From Octopus vulgaris (taxonomy: Eukaryota): DNA of 64,000 bases. This document shows, in pieces, positions 41,902 to 57,427 of this stretch (positions are counted from its first letter, which is position 1; the number at the start of each line of letters is the position of its first letter). The DNA is taken from the NCBI GenBank assembly GCA_951406725.2, contig OX597840.1, positions 25,234,001-25,298,000 of the forward strand, given 5' to 3'. The notes under the pieces were generated by a model, which had not been told where the DNA came from, did not search any database, and saw only the letters and a list, made by a program, of their open reading frames with translations. The position numbers and the translations under genes are program-made.

Positions 41902-42135
41902 TCATGCGTGTGTGTGTTTCTTTGTGTTTGTATTAGTCCCCCACCACCGCTTGATACCTGGGGCTGGTGTGTTTACGTCCGCGTAACTTAGCGGTTCGGC
42001 AAAAGAGGACGCTAGAATAAGTACCAGCCATTAATAAAAAAAATAATAAATCCTGGTTCGATTCGTTCATGTTAAAACTCCTCAATGCGGTGTCCCAGCA
42101 TGGCCGCAGTCCAATAACTGAAACAAGGAAAAGAT
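41341..42135 (+). mobile_element. Two diverged SINE B copies (41341-41486, 41680-42135)
   Basis: Similarity to the other B copies in the window. Confidence 0.7.
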
Positions 42136-42611
42136 AGTGTGTGTGTGTGTGTCTGTGAATACGTAAATGGCTTTGTATTAATTTAGTTGTCTAACTTCGC
42201 TGATTGTCACTTTATATTAACCTTTAAGAAACAGTATATTTACGCCATGTTTACACTGAACATGACAGACGCCATTTGTAAGAGAGAGACAAAAACGAAT
42301 AAATACAGAAAGAATAAAGACGTACCAGTAAGAAACAAATGACTAAAGATATAGAATAAAGATATAAAGACTAAAGATATAGAGTAAAGATATAGAAACG
42401 AGGATAATTATTTTAAAATTCTAAGACAATATATTTGGATGTCACAAAGAAAATGGCTATCAGGTTCCTATTACAAAAACGACTTCGTCAATTAATTGTT
42501 GTAAACGTCGTAAAAGGGTTTATGTTCCCTCATATTTTTATTTCGTTTTTAATTCTTTGTTGTTTTTGTAACGAAACCTTGTTTGTATATATATATATAT
42601 GTTTGTGTGTG

Positions 42612-42657
<46 letters not shown>

Positions 42658-42934
42658 ATGTACATGTGTGTATATATATATATATATTTATATATGTATG
42701 TATGTATGTATGTATATGTGCATATGTGTGTGTGTATATATGTATATATATATATGTATATATATGCTTATGTGTGTATATATGTGTATATATATATATA
42801 TATATGTATGTATGTGTGTGTGTTGGCGTGCAGAAGAGGAGGGGTGTTGTTTTTTTTATATTCGGGTTGATATAACAGAAAGCCATCAATTTCTTTCTTG
42901 TCGTTTTCCTTCTTATTTTTTTGGTTACCTTGGC

Positions 42935-43257
42935 GATGATGCCGATGATGCTGCTGGTGGTGGTGGCGGTGGTGGTGTTGTTGTTGGTGGTGGTGGTGTC
43001 GGCGGTGGTGGTGGTAGTTGTGGTGGTGGTGGTGATGATGGTGATGGTAGTAGTGGTGGTGATGATAGTGATGACGATGATGATGATGAGGTTGATGATG
43101 ATGATGGTGGTGGTGGTGGTGGTGGTGATGGTGGTGGTAGTGGTGGTGATGACGACGATGTAGATGTTTGTAATCAAGCCATATCCCCCTACTACAGAAA
43201 TGATGTAAAAGGAAGGAAGGAAGGAAGGAAGGAAGGAAGGAAGGAAGGAAGGAAGGA

Positions 43258-43312
<55 letters not shown>
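42935..43312. repeat. (GGT/GAT)n low-complexity tract followed by (GAAG)n(GAAA)n
   Basis: Simple repeats. Confidence 0.9.
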
Positions 43313-43965
43313 GAAAACAGAGGCAAAATAAAGACGAGCAGAAAGCAAAAAGGAAAAACGAGATAGAGAAATAGAATCCTTTAATATCGTTGGACACCGA
43401 AATGTCTTAGAAAGCGAATGGTATGCGTCTAGACAGACTGTGGCATTTTAGTGAGAAGACACACACAATATAAATGTCTGTATAATGCGATGCTGTATAC
43501 ACTTGTATCTTTGTACGATACAGAATGGCGGATTTCCCGAAATTCCGTACGCAGCCCTCAACATGTTATATATTAGGTCGTATATATGCATGCATCTATA
43601 TATCAATGTACAATGTATAAATGTTTATATTCGATAAAAGCGCGTAAAGATTTGTATATGTCTACGTTTTTTCGGTATGCCGCCATTTTAAAACAAGATC
43701 TCTTTCGCAAGACAAACAAAACTTGCAAATAGATATGAAAAATAACAACAAAAAAAAAAGGAAAGACGAAATTTATCCCCCCTCTCTCTTTTTCCCTACC
43801 CCTTTCTCGCTAACTTTCTACCTTCTTTCTCTCCCCCACCCTCTAATAATATATACATATATACACACATATATATACATATATATATATATATACATAT
43901 ATATATGTATACATACATGTATATATATGTATGTATGTATTTATATATATATATATATACACACG

Positions 43966-44009
<44 letters not shown>

Positions 44010-44033
44010 TACATGTATATATATGTATGTATT

Positions 44034-44214
<181 letters not shown>

Positions 44215-44217
44215 TAT

Positions 44218-44248
<31 letters not shown>

Positions 44249-44297
44249 TAGATATATATACGTATATATATACATATAGATATAGATATATATATAC

Positions 44298-44350
<53 letters not shown>

Positions 44351-45020
44351 TGTGTGTGTATTTTCCTCTCGTATTTCCTGTCCCTATTTGTTTGGCAACA
44401 AATTTACTCAAAGATCGTATGTTGAAAAGAAGAAAACCATTATTCGTGGTTTTATTATGTTTGTGTGAGGCTGCGTGCGTGCGTACGCACGTGAGCGTAT
44501 GTATATACGCGGCGTATATATTATCTGTGTATACCATTAAACTGCATCTGGTGATGAGGCTCCTATTCAGGAGTTCTGGGGGTTGTAGCGAAAGCAGAGT
44601 CGCCTTTTAAGTACCACTACTGCCACGTCTGTTCTGACCTGCAGCGATAAGTATCCGCCTGGGTTTGATCTATGGGTTAAACAGATTCCCCAGGGATAGA
44701 GGAGACACCTGTTATTTTCGACAAACCCCAGGGGGATGGCTGCTCTTTTAGGAGAAAGATACTCTGTCGTAAAAGTTGCGGTCACAATAGTATCATTTAT
44801 CGTTCGATGCTTGTCCCTGGGACCTTGTCTCACTGCCATTTCATTCAGATTGAATTTGAGACGTTTATCACCTGACAACCTGAGGTGAAACAATCATCAG
44901 GTATGCAACAGTATGCATGCATGCATGTATATATACAGTGCGCGACACGTTGGGCAGGTAGCTTCTACTATAGCCCCGGGCCGACCAAAGCTTTGTGAGT
45001 AGATTTGGTTGAAGCTCGTC

Positions 45021-45080
<60 letters not shown>

Positions 45081-45442
45081 GTGTATGTATTTGTTTGTGT
45101 GTGTGTGTGTGGGTTTATGTCCCCGTAACTTAAAGGTTCGTCAAAAGAGACCGATAGAATAAATACTAGGCTTACAAAAAATAAGTCCTGGGGTCAATTT
45201 GTTCGACTAAAAGCGGTGCTCCAACATGGTCGCAGTCAAATGACTGAAACAAGTAAAAGAATATATGTATATACTTATATATATATACATATATATACAT
45301 ACACACATATGTATGTATATATGTATGTATGTATGTATGTACGTATGTATGCATGTCTGTATGTACGTATATCGAAAGAGTGATGTGAATAGAAATGCAT
45401 ATGTACGTACACCATATATTTGTAAATATATATACACATACA

Positions 45443-45760
<318 letters not shown>

Positions 45761-46379
45761 GAAAGAACAAAAGTTGAGATATATATATATACAGACATAT
45801 ATTTGCATACATATATACACACATTCATACATTCAAGCATATACATATTGTATATATATAAAATATAATGACGTCATTTTTGTTAGGCTTATAATAGGGG
45901 CCAAGACTTATTACTGTCAAGCCCCAAAGTGATGTCTAAAAATCTAAGTTGAGTAATCTTAACATTGATAATCTCATACAGCCATATTAAGCATTTCGTA
46001 AGTCTATCTGGACCATGCCATGCTTGTCGACACTGGCAGTCCATCATCTCGGTAAATACCTCTTTAACTGCTGGAATTTTTAACCTAGGAGGTCTCGGGT
46101 AGAAATTCCCACAAGACCACACAACTGAACATCATCACATGTTACCATTGTAAGCGTCAAGTAATTCGCCCCTTTTTTCTTGAAACAGGGGGACTTATCA
46201 GAAAACAGTAAGAATTTTTCCTAGCGTACATAATTATATTAACACCGGACTCGTTAATTGGGGTTGATGGCATTTTAGCAAGCTTAGTCATCGAACGATA
46301 AAAGTCAGTGGTGTTGCTCTGAGCGAAATTACAATTTTGTTTATCACGAATCCCATATATACATACAAATGTGTGTGTG

Positions 46380-46411
<32 letters not shown>

Positions 46412-46574
46412 AGTATGTTTGTGTGTGTGTGTGTGGATATAAGAATACAGATAGGATAATAAAAGTTCATCATCTTTTATCTGTATTCTATCTACTTTTA
46501 CTCTTTATTCTTCTATTTAATTCCTTTATAAACTGTGAATTTCCCCGCATAGATCTTTCATACATACGCACTTT

Positions 46575-46650
46575 GTCTCTGATGATGGAATACCCAGTGT
46601 ACGGACATGCTAGCCTATCGCTTGGGATATCTCAGAAACAGCTGTAAGAC
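46575..46650 (+). ncRNA. Type-I hammerhead ribozyme with extended stem II
   Basis: GUCU-CUGAUGA-UGGAAUACCCAG...CUUGGGAUAUCUCA-GAAA-C(AGCU)G-UA-AGAC; complete core, palindromic stem III CAGCUG. Confidence 0.78.
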
Positions 46651-46883
46651 CACAAATTAACCTTTCCCTAATTAAATTATTATAAATGATTTCAGATACT
46701 CGTCTTACTTGATTCGTGATGTCCTTTTCCTCTAATGTCTACCTGCTAACACGGAAGCCAGATACAGATCCCCAGCTCCAGCCTAAGTTTCGAACTGGGA
46801 ACCTAACGGATGATCAATTATAGCACTTACTCAGCGTACCTATTCGTTTAGATCACCAGGGAACTAAACCCCTCATATTCTTC

Positions 46884-47262
46884 GTGGAGGCGCAATGGCT
46901 CAGTGGTTAGGGCAGCGGACTCGCGGTCATAGGATCGCGGTTTCGATTCCCAGACCGGGCGTTGTGAGTGTTTATTGAACGAAAACACCTAAAAGCTCCA
47001 CGAGGCTCCGGCAGGGGATGGTGGTGATCCCTGCTGTACTCTTTCACCACAACTTTCTCTCACTCTTACTTCCTGTTTCTGTTGTACCTGTATTTCAAGG
47101 GGCCGGCCTTGTCACTCTCTGTGTCACGCTGAATATCCCCGAGAACTACACTAAGGGTACACGTGTCTGTGGAGTGCTCAGCCACTTACACGTTAATTTC
47201 ACGAGCAGGCTGTTCCGTTGATTCGGATCAACCGGAACCCTCGTCGTCGTAACTGAAGGAGT
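46884..47262 (+). mobile_element. SINE family A, tail 1
   Basis: Colinear with 5862-6245. Confidence 0.88.
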
Positions 47263-47369
47263 GTCTATCTATATATTCTTTGTGTATGTGTGTGTATTTG
47301 CATGTATAAAACATTTATGCATACACATACGCGAAGCAATGTATATATGCATATATATGTATGTATATA

Positions 47370-47415
<46 letters not shown>

Positions 47416-47775
47416 GGAGAAGAGAAAGAAAGAGACAGATACATAATACCTATGTACGTACATACACACCTATACGAAAACACACACATATACATACACA
47501 ATACCTACATGTGCACGTGTGTGAATACGTGTGTGTGTGTGTGTATGTGCGTGAATACGTGTGTATGTGTGTGTGTGTGTAAGTGTGTGTGTTATTAACT
47601 ATTGATGTTATTCTTGTTGCTGTCTTTTTGTATTGTTGTTATTCCGCCGAGATCGACTTTGCTTTTCATCCTTTCGAGATCGATAAGAATGGGTACCAAC
47701 TGCACCCCAGGGGTCCATGTAATCGATTAGCCCCCATCTCTCAAAATTTCAGGCCTTTTGCCTAAAGTAGAAAGG

Positions 47776-48210
<435 letters not shown>

Positions 48211-48851
48211 GTTTATTATGATTATTCTCCACTACACCACACCTATCTCTCCACCCAGATATATTTATCCAGGTCAGTTAAGTCTACTGCCCCGCGAGAA
48301 AGCGAACATATTAAACACCACACCTTCTCCACCCGCCAACCCCGTTCTCAGTACCACCCCCGTCCCCCGTTTCTTTTTCTCGTACTTCAGCTCTGCTTCT
48401 CCCTCTTCTCATCTACTTCGTCCCCACCCCACCCACACCCCCGACACACACATACACATCCAACAACACGGCACTAACTCACGTATCCACACCGTTATCC
48501 TAACACTATCACCACGACCACCAACACCAATACTATCAAAAACCTTCACAACCTAAGCTTACTATATCGCAGCTCCGCACAGATACCAACACACACACAC
48601 ACACACGCACTAATTCATAGACACCTTCCCTTCATACAACAAATAACCACCCACACCTCCACAACATCGCTACCCCCAACACCCATTCATCTCCCGCCCT
48701 CACACTTACCCACCCTACGCTCCGAACTCCAAGCCGCTTTTCCCTTTGGCAACTGATATTTATCTGTTCACAACAGAAAAGATGTCTGTGGAATCAAAAA
48801 AATATAAATATATAAATAGATAAATAAAAGATAAATAAATAACATACGATA

Positions 48852-48916
<65 letters not shown>

Positions 48917-48927
48917 CAACTAATAAC

Positions 48928-48961
<34 letters not shown>

Positions 48962-48991
48962 TAATGATAATAATAGTAAAAATAAAAATAA

Positions 48992-49032
<41 letters not shown>

Positions 49033-49539
49033 CAACAACAACAATTAATAATAATAATAATAATGATGATGTTGATGATGATGATGATGATAAAGATGAT
49101 GATGATGATGGTCCTCATCATCATCATCATTATCATCATGGTGATGATCGTGATGAATATGGTGGGGAGAGAAAAGGAAGACAGAAAAACCCCCAAAATG
49201 GCCTCTTACTGACTTCATTGTAGGGAAAAATAAAGTAAAAATGTATTAATGGTAAATAAATGTCAGTTGTTTCTTCACATATGCTGACATGATGTCTTTC
49301 AGAATGGTTCCATGCCCTATTCTTCTCCCCTTTTTTTTTTCCTACTCCGTCTCTCACCCTCACTCACTCTCCCCCTCCTACCTCACCAACGCCATACCTT
49401 CTATCACGAAACATTCCTCCTCTTACCCCTCTCTTGTATTCCCTCTTCCTTTTCTTCTGTCGCTACGTTTTATCTCTCTCTCTATATGTAAATATAAATA
49501 TACGCATGCATGTATGTATTTGTGTCTGTATGTATGTAT

Positions 49540-49593
<54 letters not shown>

Positions 49594-49599
49594 TGTATG

Positions 49600-49695
<96 letters not shown>

Positions 49696-49784
49696 ATGTA
49701 TATATATATATATACGCATATAACATGTGTGTGTATGCGTGTAAGTAAATATATAGATATAGATAAATATATATGCATATGTGA

Positions 49785-49815
<31 letters not shown>

Positions 49816-50243
49816 AATATATATGTAAGCTTGCTATATATAATCTTACTATATATACACTTAACTTTTTAAAATATTTTTGATAAGGTTCGTTTTTTCA
49901 AGAAGAACCAAAACATGTAAAATTTCTAAGAAAATTAAAATGTATCTAATATAGTGGTGTTTTCAAACTTCTTTTTTATAAATATATACCCATTCGTATA
50001 CGATCTACACTTATTATAAATATATATGTATATATATATATGTATTTGATTTGCCTAATAGTGGTTTTATCTCTAATTTAATATAATATATATATATATA
50101 TATTCTATTAAATTAGAGATAAAACCACTATTAGGCAAATCAAACAATGAAAAACTTAAGCCAATACATAAAATTAATTAATTTCTATTATTTTAAATAT
50201 ATATCAAAAGTATTAAAAGTTTAATAAAAGATAATGTGTAAAA

Positions 50244-50312
50244 CACTACGATCGTTTCATGGCTGTCCAATTCGTAATAATTCGAGTTATGGTTACAGTC
50301 AATCTTCAGGTA
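50244..50312 (-). ncRNA. Type-I hammerhead motif, K-related family
   Basis: Minus strand UAC-CUGAAGA-UUGACUGU...ACAGCCAU-GAAA-C(GAUC)G-UA-GUG; the tail forms an inverted repeat at 50046-50080 / 50108-50144. Confidence 0.68.
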
Positions 50313-50341
50313 ATTGAAATATTTATCTTAGCGAGGTTTAG

Positions 50342-50452
<111 letters not shown>

Positions 50453-50838
50453 TGTGAAGGTGCATGGCTTAGTGGTTAGGGTGTTGCCCACTTGATTACG
50501 AGATCTTAGGTTCGAGTCCCTGACCAGGCGTTGCGGTGTGTTCTTGAACAAAGAACTTCATTTCACGTTGCTCTTCAATCATTTCATCATCTGACATGTG
50601 GCACCCATTTGCACCTGTACAGGTAATATCGATTTGATGGAGGGAATGAGCTTATGTGTAAACAAACATTTGATCACTAGAAACAAAGAAATTGTCGAAC
50701 CTTCATACGTCGTATACACCCGTATACATTTATGTGTCTCAGTTTGTGTATGTGGGTGTGTGTGTATGTGTGTACATACGTACCTTTATTGGGTACAGAG
50801 GAAAAAGTGCATTCAATTTTGAAAACAGAGTTATATAT

Positions 50839-51017
50839 AGGCGGAGTGGCTGTGTGGTAAATAGCTTGCTAACCAACCACATGGTTCCGGGTTCGATCCC
50901 ACTGCGTGGCATCTTGGGCAAGTGTCTTCTGCTATAGCCCCGAGCCGACCAATGCCTTGTGAGTGGATTTGGTAGAGGGAAACTGAAAGAAGCCTGTCGT
51001 GTATATGTATATATATA

Positions 51018-51087
<70 letters not shown>

Positions 51088-51297
51088 TGTGTCTGTGTTT
51101 GTCCCCCTAGCATTGCTTGACAACCGATGCTGGTGTGTTTACGTCCCCGTCACTTAGCGGTTCGGCAAAAGAGACCGATAGAATAAGTACTGGGCTTACA
51201 AAGAATAAGTCCCGGGGTCAATTTGCTCGACTAAAGGCGGTGCTCCAGCGTGGCCGCAGTCAAATGACTGAAACAAGTAAAAGAGTAAAAGAGAGAG
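50839..51297 (+). mobile_element. SINE family B, full length
   Basis: Colinear with 25949-26372. Confidence 0.88.
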
Positions 51298-51839
51298 TAT
51301 ATAATTTAATGAAATCTGGAGACTTTATAAGTTTACATATATATATATATATATATGCACGTTAGCGATTCACTAAATCAGCCATAAATTTTCATGGCGT
51401 AAACACATATATATACTCGTGACTGGACTGTCCGGAAACTGGCGATCTGTGCCGACCGTTCTAACGATACTTCGACCTAAAGCTAAAACCGTACGGTAAA
51501 GAGATATCAGGATCGCCACTTTCCGTTCCTCTACGGTCGCTGCCGGGATGTATGTATACAATTTTATGTGCATTGACAGCAGCAACAGAACCCTTCAAGC
51601 TCTTATTTCTAGCAGCGTAGGTGTCCAATCATATTTGATGACATTTATTGCTTTCCTTTTTGGTGGTAAAACTCTGCTAATTGTCTCATTTAATTATATA
51701 TTTACACACACACACACACGCACACACACACATATCAATTTGTGTTGCCCAACAAACACACACACACAATATATTTGTTCTTCACGCGTTTATAACTGTT
51801 ATTATATTTTTCTTATTTTTTTAAAAACTCAATGTCTAT

Positions 51840-51884
51840 TGTCCGGAAATCTTTTGTCACACATCTGTGACCTCTTCAGCGACA
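51840..51884 (-). ncRNA. Degenerate hammerhead motif
   Basis: UGUCG-CUGAAGA-G-GUCAC(AGAUGU)GUGAC-AAAA-GAUUUC-CGGACA; the GAAA box is mutated to AAAA. Confidence 0.45.
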
Positions 51885-51929
51885 CTTTTCGTTTTCGCGT
51901 GTGCTCTTGCTCCACTTACTTCATTCTGG

Positions 51930-51987
<58 letters not shown>

Positions 51988-51989
<2 letters not shown>

Positions 51990-52262
51990 CGGAGATGTAC
52001 TCGCATAGCAAGTAATTTGATCTGAGATCGTGTGCTGAAACGAAAACAATTGCAGCGTGGAAGGTGTTTATAAGCCATTTAAGAAACACACAAAAGCCGT
52101 TCGATTCACTTCAACATCTCCGAGATGCAGCACGGACTTTGTCAGTGAATAGGTCGCGGATTTTAGCGACGAAAATATTTCGACAAATTAAACTTAAATG
52201 TTGAAGTGAATCGAACGGCTTTTGTGTGTTTCTTAAATGCCTTATAAACACCTTCCACGCTG
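51988..52262. mobile_element. Family H fold-back element (65-bp arms 52053-52117 / 52198-52262) with hammerhead-like motif at 52138-52187
   Basis: Inverted arms; flanked by (TA)n; homologue at 61186-61675. Confidence 0.75.
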
Positions 52263-52286
52263 ATATATATATATATATATAAATAT

Positions 52287-52490
52287 AGGGAGAGTTTACG
52301 AAAAAAACAAAAGACGAAGACAGGTGGTGTACAAAACAAACAGATGTATTAGTATAGCGCTCAGGAATAGAAAAAGTCTTTTATGATTCGAGCCTACGCT
52401 CTTCTACAGAAAGGTACACAGAAAAAACAAGGAGAGAAACAAGGAGAGAGAAAAATGTGTGTAGTGGCTAACGATCTATCATGGCGTCTA
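52287..52490 (-). mobile_element. Family E element (motif degenerate)
   Basis: Homologous to 34660-34835. Confidence 0.65.
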
Positions 52491-52609
52491 ATATATATAT
52501 ATATATATATTGATAAAAATGGTAAGGCAACAAAAGAATGAAAGAGACTTCAATATTATGTAAATAGAGGAATTTATCTTCAAATGTAATATGTGACAAT
52601 TATTCGGTA

Positions 52610-52679
52610 GCCAAGATAAAACTCCAAGTTTCGGATGGCGAAGTGGAAATCCACGCCGCCATCTCTTCAGTTATCTGGC
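52610..52679 (-). ncRNA. Type-I hammerhead ribozyme, family I
   Basis: GCCAGAUAA-CUGAAGA-GAUGGCG..GUGGA(UU)UCCAC..CGCCAUC-C-GAAA-CUUGGAG-UU-UUAUCUUGGC; all three stems pair. Confidence 0.72.
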
Positions 52680-52742
52680 CATCGAAAAAATGCTATTAAA
52701 AATAACCGTTATACAAAGGGAAATTACAAATACACACACACA

Positions 52743-52826
<84 letters not shown>

Positions 52827-52827
52827 C

Positions 52828-52889
<62 letters not shown>

Positions 52890-52912
52890 GTACGTACATA
52901 TATACATACATA

Positions 52913-54203
52913 CGAGGGGCGTTCAATAAGTAATGCCCCTGACCCACTTCCCATAGCAGTAGAGCAACGAAACTTGGCACAGTTATTAGTCTTTTTCTAC
53001 ATAGGAACCACCCCGAGTTACGCATTTCTCCCATCGTTTGATGCGGCTCTGGAGACCGTTTTTGTAGAAGAACCCAGCTTGGTTCTCCAACCTCAACGTG
53101 ACTTCAGAAATCAAGGCTGCATCATTTGGGAAACGCTTTCCTTTCAAAAACAACTTCATGATTGGGAAGAGGTGAAAATCAGAAGGTGCAAGGTCAGGAA
53201 AGTAGGGGAGATGGGGAGGAGTTCATAGCCATACGCCTGTGCTTCTGATCTGGCGACAAGCGAGTTGTGGACCGAAGCGTTGTCCTGCAGGAGGAGGATG
53301 CCTTTGCTGATCTTGCCCCGCCTCTTGATTTTGGTAACTTCTCTTAATTTCCTCAAAAGTGAAGCATAATAAGCTCCTGCAATTGTGGTACCCTTTGCCA
53401 GGAAATCTGTCATCACTACTCCGTCCTGGTCCCAGAAGACTGTGAGCATGACCATGCCAGCGGAGGGCTGCACCCTTGCCTTCTTTGGAGGGGGTGAGTC
53501 ACGGTGCTTCAACTGCATTGACTGGGCTTTGGTCTCTGGATCATCGTGATGGACCCAGGTTTCATCCTGTGTAATCAGTCTTTTGAAAAATTTTGACTCA
53601 TCTTCTTGGCACATCTCCAAATTCACCCTCGAGCACTCGACGCGTTCTTGCTTCTGGAAAGGCGTCAGCAACCTAGGAATCCATCTGGCAGACACCTTTT
53701 GCATATGCAAATGGTCATGAATGATAGTTTCCACAGACCCGGTACTAATCTTGACCTCATGGGCTATTTGGAGAATAATTATGCGTCGATCTTCCAAAAT
53801 GGCAGCCTCAACTTGACGGACAGATGCCTCATCAATGGCAGAAGGGGGCGACCAGATCTGGGAGCTGTTTCCACAGAGTTCCGACCATGTTTGAATTCAC
53901 GATGCCAGCGTTTTACAAGGTCATATGATGGGGCATCATCACCATAAGTTACTTTCATTTCATCAAAAGTCTCCCGTGGTGTGCGTCCTTTCAAATACAA
54001 AAACCGGATCACTGCTCGACACTCAACAGGCTCCATTTCACACTTGACTCGGTTCAAACACCTGTAAATCAGAAACCACAATTAATTCAGAGCTGTAATT
54101 TGCCACTTACTCTATAGAGATATAAATGATTGCACATGCAAAATTTCAGCTAGATCAAACAACTGCAAGTGGGTCAGATGCATTACTTATTGAACGTCCC
54201 TCG
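52913..54203 (-). mobile_element. Full-length mariner element (1291 bp)
   Basis: TA TSDs; TIRs CGAGGGGCGTTCAATAAGTAATGC..TGACCCACTT and its reverse complement at the right end. Confidence 0.95.
52986..54036 (-). pseudogene. Mariner DD34D transposase with two frameshifts
   Basis: MEPVECRAVIRFL...RSGRP / WIPRLLT / ITQDETW / LQDNA / (frameshift) PYFPDLAPSDF; D-34-D spacing after restoring the frame. Confidence 0.93.
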
Positions 54204-55105
54204 TATATACATACATTCATACATACATTGGTGTACGGCATTATGTGACTACGAAATCCTACATGTTATTCATACGATGTGTTTTGAAGTGGCGTTCCTA
54301 GTCTCTCCGAGATAAACGTTTATATCGCTAAAATCTGAGAGGCGAAGATGGCGATATCGCTTGTGTAATTACTAACACACTGTCGCCTTAGGTGTGAGCG
54401 ATATAGAGTTCGAGTCTTATTTGCAGCGCCTGTTCTCTTTGGCGTGTCCTAAATTAGATCTCCTAAATGTCTTAGATGCTTCATGTAAACAAATACACAC
54501 ACACACATACATACACACATATATATAATATGTCTATACAGCTTTTTTTTTCAAACGTCTAATTTAAGCAAGTCACTTATATTCAGAAAGTAAAAAACGC
54601 ATAAACGCTACAGCTTTCCAAATCGTCCCTATTTCCCCCCTTCGTCCCTACATGCTCTTTTCCGAAAAATTATGGGGCCCCTGTGTCTGTTCAAAGGAAA
54701 CTCTATATATTATTTCTTACGTAAATTCCTCTACTATATATCAAAGCAGGGCCATAAAACTGTAACCAAGAAGCTGAATATAAAGTGTTATAAACAAGAC
54801 CATTGTATTTAAAGAGAGAAAGAAGTAAATAAAAGAAACACCGGTGTGATAAGAGCTGCCGAGGAATGTCTGAAGTGGTTAGATAAATCGTCAAATCTAT
54901 AATTAGAGCCGTTGTTCCTGATAGCAGTTAAGTTCAGGCTTCAACTGGCGAACAAACGTTTTCATCTCTGAAATTAACAATTTATCAGAGGAACCAGCGA
55001 GAAAATATCATCATTGCATTGGATTGACAGACCTTGGGCGTTGGATTGGGCAGAAGGAATTGGTGAAACGTCGGACATTTTGTCTCGGTATTTTTTTTTT
55101 TAGTT

Positions 55106-55468
55106 GTGGAGGCGCGTGGCTTAGTGGTTAGGGTGTCAGCACCATGAGCGTAAGATTGTGGCTTCGATTCTTGGACTGGGCGACGCGTTGTGTTCTTGAG
55201 CAAAACACTTCATTTCACGTTGTGGAGGCGCGTGGCTTAGTGGTTAGGGTGTCAGCACCATGATCGTAAGATTCTGGCTTCGATTCTTGGACTAGGCGAC
55301 GCGTTGTGTTCTTGAGCAAAACACTTCATTTCACGTTTTTCCAGTCCACTCAGCTGGCAAAAAATGAGTAACGCTGCGATGGACTGGCGTCCCGTCCAGC
55401 TGGGGAACACATACGCCATTGAAGCCGGGAAACCGGGTCCATGAGCCAGGTTAGGCTTTAAAAGGGCA
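55106..55468 (+). mobile_element. SINE family F with tandem-duplicated 116-bp head
   Basis: GTGGAGGCGCGTGGCTTAGTGGTTAGGGTG at 55106 and 55222; core TGTGTTCTTGAGCAA.ACACTT. Confidence 0.8.
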
Positions 55469-55471
55469 CTT

Positions 55472-55724
55472 TGTGGAGGCGCAAAGGCTCAGTGGTTAGG
55501 GCAGCGGACTCGCGGTCGGAGGATTGCGGTTTCGATTCCCAGACCGGGCGTTTTGTGTGACGAAAACACCTAAAAGTTCCACGAGGCTCCGGCAGGGGGT
55601 GGTCGAGACCCCTGTTGTACTCTTTCGCCACAACTTTCTCTCTCTTCCTGTTTCTTGGGGGAACACATATGCCATAGAAACTGGGAAACCGGGCCCATGA
55701 GCCTGGCTAGGCTTTAAAAGGGCG
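55472..55724 (+). mobile_element. SINE family A head with family F tail
   Basis: Ends GAGCCTGGCTAGGCTTTAAAAGGGC like the preceding F copy. Confidence 0.75.
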
Positions 55725-55899
55725 AGAAAATTTTTTTTTCTTTAGTCATGTTCTCAATGTTGCGAGTTCAAATGCCGCTGAAGTCAACTTTACGTTTTAT
55801 CCTTTAAGGGTCATTAAAACGAAGTAGCAGTAGAGTACTGGGTTTGATTTAATCAACTCGTTCCTGCCTCCTCAGTAATTGAGCTCTTGTACCTACTTC

Positions 55900-56285
55900 A
55901 AGGGGTTAAACATAGAGGGAACAAACAAGGACAGACAAACGGATTAAGTCGATTATATCGACCCCAGTGCGTAACTGGTATCTAATTTATCGACCCCGAA
56001 AGGATGAAAGGCAAAGTCGACCTCGGCGGAATTTGAACTCAGAACATAACGGCAGACGAAATACCTATTTCTTTGCTACACACACAGAGGGAACAAACAA
56101 GGACAGACAAACGGATTAAGTTGATTATATCGACCCCAGTGCGTAACTGGTATCTAATTTATCGACCCCGAAAGGATGAAAGGCAAAGTCGACCTCGGCG
56201 GAATTTGAACTCAGAAGGTAACGGCAGACGAAATACGGCTACGCATTTCGCCCGGCACGCTAACGTTTCTGCCAACTCGCCGCCT
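55900..56285 (-). mobile_element. SINE family C dimer
   Basis: Same junction, at 56065. Confidence 0.8.
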
Positions 56286-56564
56286 TTGAGCTCTTGTACC
56301 TAAATTGGAAACGATTATTATTTGTGGTGATAAACTGACAGGAACGTTAGAACGTCGAACAAAATGCTTTGTGGGTTTTATTTCGGCACTTTGCGTTCAA
56401 AGTTCAATCCCCAACAAGGTCGGTTTCGGTTTTCTTTTTTTTCGACTAACGCCTTCCCTCAAAGTATAAAACACTTTTGGCCACTTGTTATATTCACTCG
56501 TTACATTCTGGGTTCGAATCTCGGTGTGACTGACTTTTCGTTTCAATCCTCCAATGATACTCTC

Positions 56565-56975
56565 TTTTTCTCTTTTACTCTTTTACTTGTTTCAATCATT
56601 TGACTGCGGCCATGCTGGAGCACCGCCTTTAATCGAGCAACTCGACCCCGGGACTTATTCTTTTGTAAGCCCAGTACTTATTCTATCGGTCTCTTTTGCC
56701 GAACCGCTAAGTAACGGGGACATAAACACACCAGCATCGGTTGTCAAGCAATGCTAGGAGGACAAACACACTCACACAAACACACACATGCATATATATA
56801 TAAGTATATATACGACGGGCTTCTTTCAGTTTCCGTTTACCAAATCCACTCACAAGGCTTTGGTCGACCCGAGGCTATAGCAGATGACACTTGCCCAAGA
56901 TGCCACGCAGGGGGACTGAACCCGGAACCATGTGGTTGGTAAACAAGCTACTTACCACACAGCCACTCCTGCGCC
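56565..56975 (-). mobile_element. SINE family B, full length
   Basis: Colinear with the other B copies. Confidence 0.88.
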
Positions 56976-57069
56976 TTGATCAATGCAATGAATTATAATC
57001 CTTTACGATGGATTACATTCTTATTGTTTTTTGTTATAATAAAACTGCTGTTGCCGTTAGTATGTTTGT

Positions 57070-57427
57070 TGAGCGAAGCGGTCTTCGTCCCACTGTAGTG
57101 GGAGAAGTCGGAAACGTGGTCCTTTGCTATTCGTAAGACCCGCAGAAGAGAAAGCAGGTCAACCCCCCCCCCCCCGACACCGAGAGCATCGACGGATGGA
57201 TGAATGCGCATCCAGGCTCAGCGGTTGCGTAGGAATTTGGGGACAAGAAACAGGAAGAAAAGAGTGAGAGAAAGTTGAGGTGAAAGAGTACAACAGGGGT
57301 CGCCACACCCGCTGCCGGAACCTCGTGGAGCTTCAGGTGTTTTCGCTCAATAAACACACACAACACCTGGTCTGGGAATCGAAACCGCGATCCTCCGACC
57401 GCGAGTCCGCTGGGCCATTGCGCCTCC
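57070..57427 (-). mobile_element. SINE family A head with a fourth tail type
   Basis: A head/core 57245-57427 continues into an unrelated GC-rich tail; the boundary is uncertain. Confidence 0.6.

Noticed and set aside
42599-43366. Gly/Asp-rich then Lys/Glu/Arg-rich 255-aa ORF
   Set aside because: Built from adjacent (TA), (GGT/GAT) and (GAAG/GAAA) simple repeats
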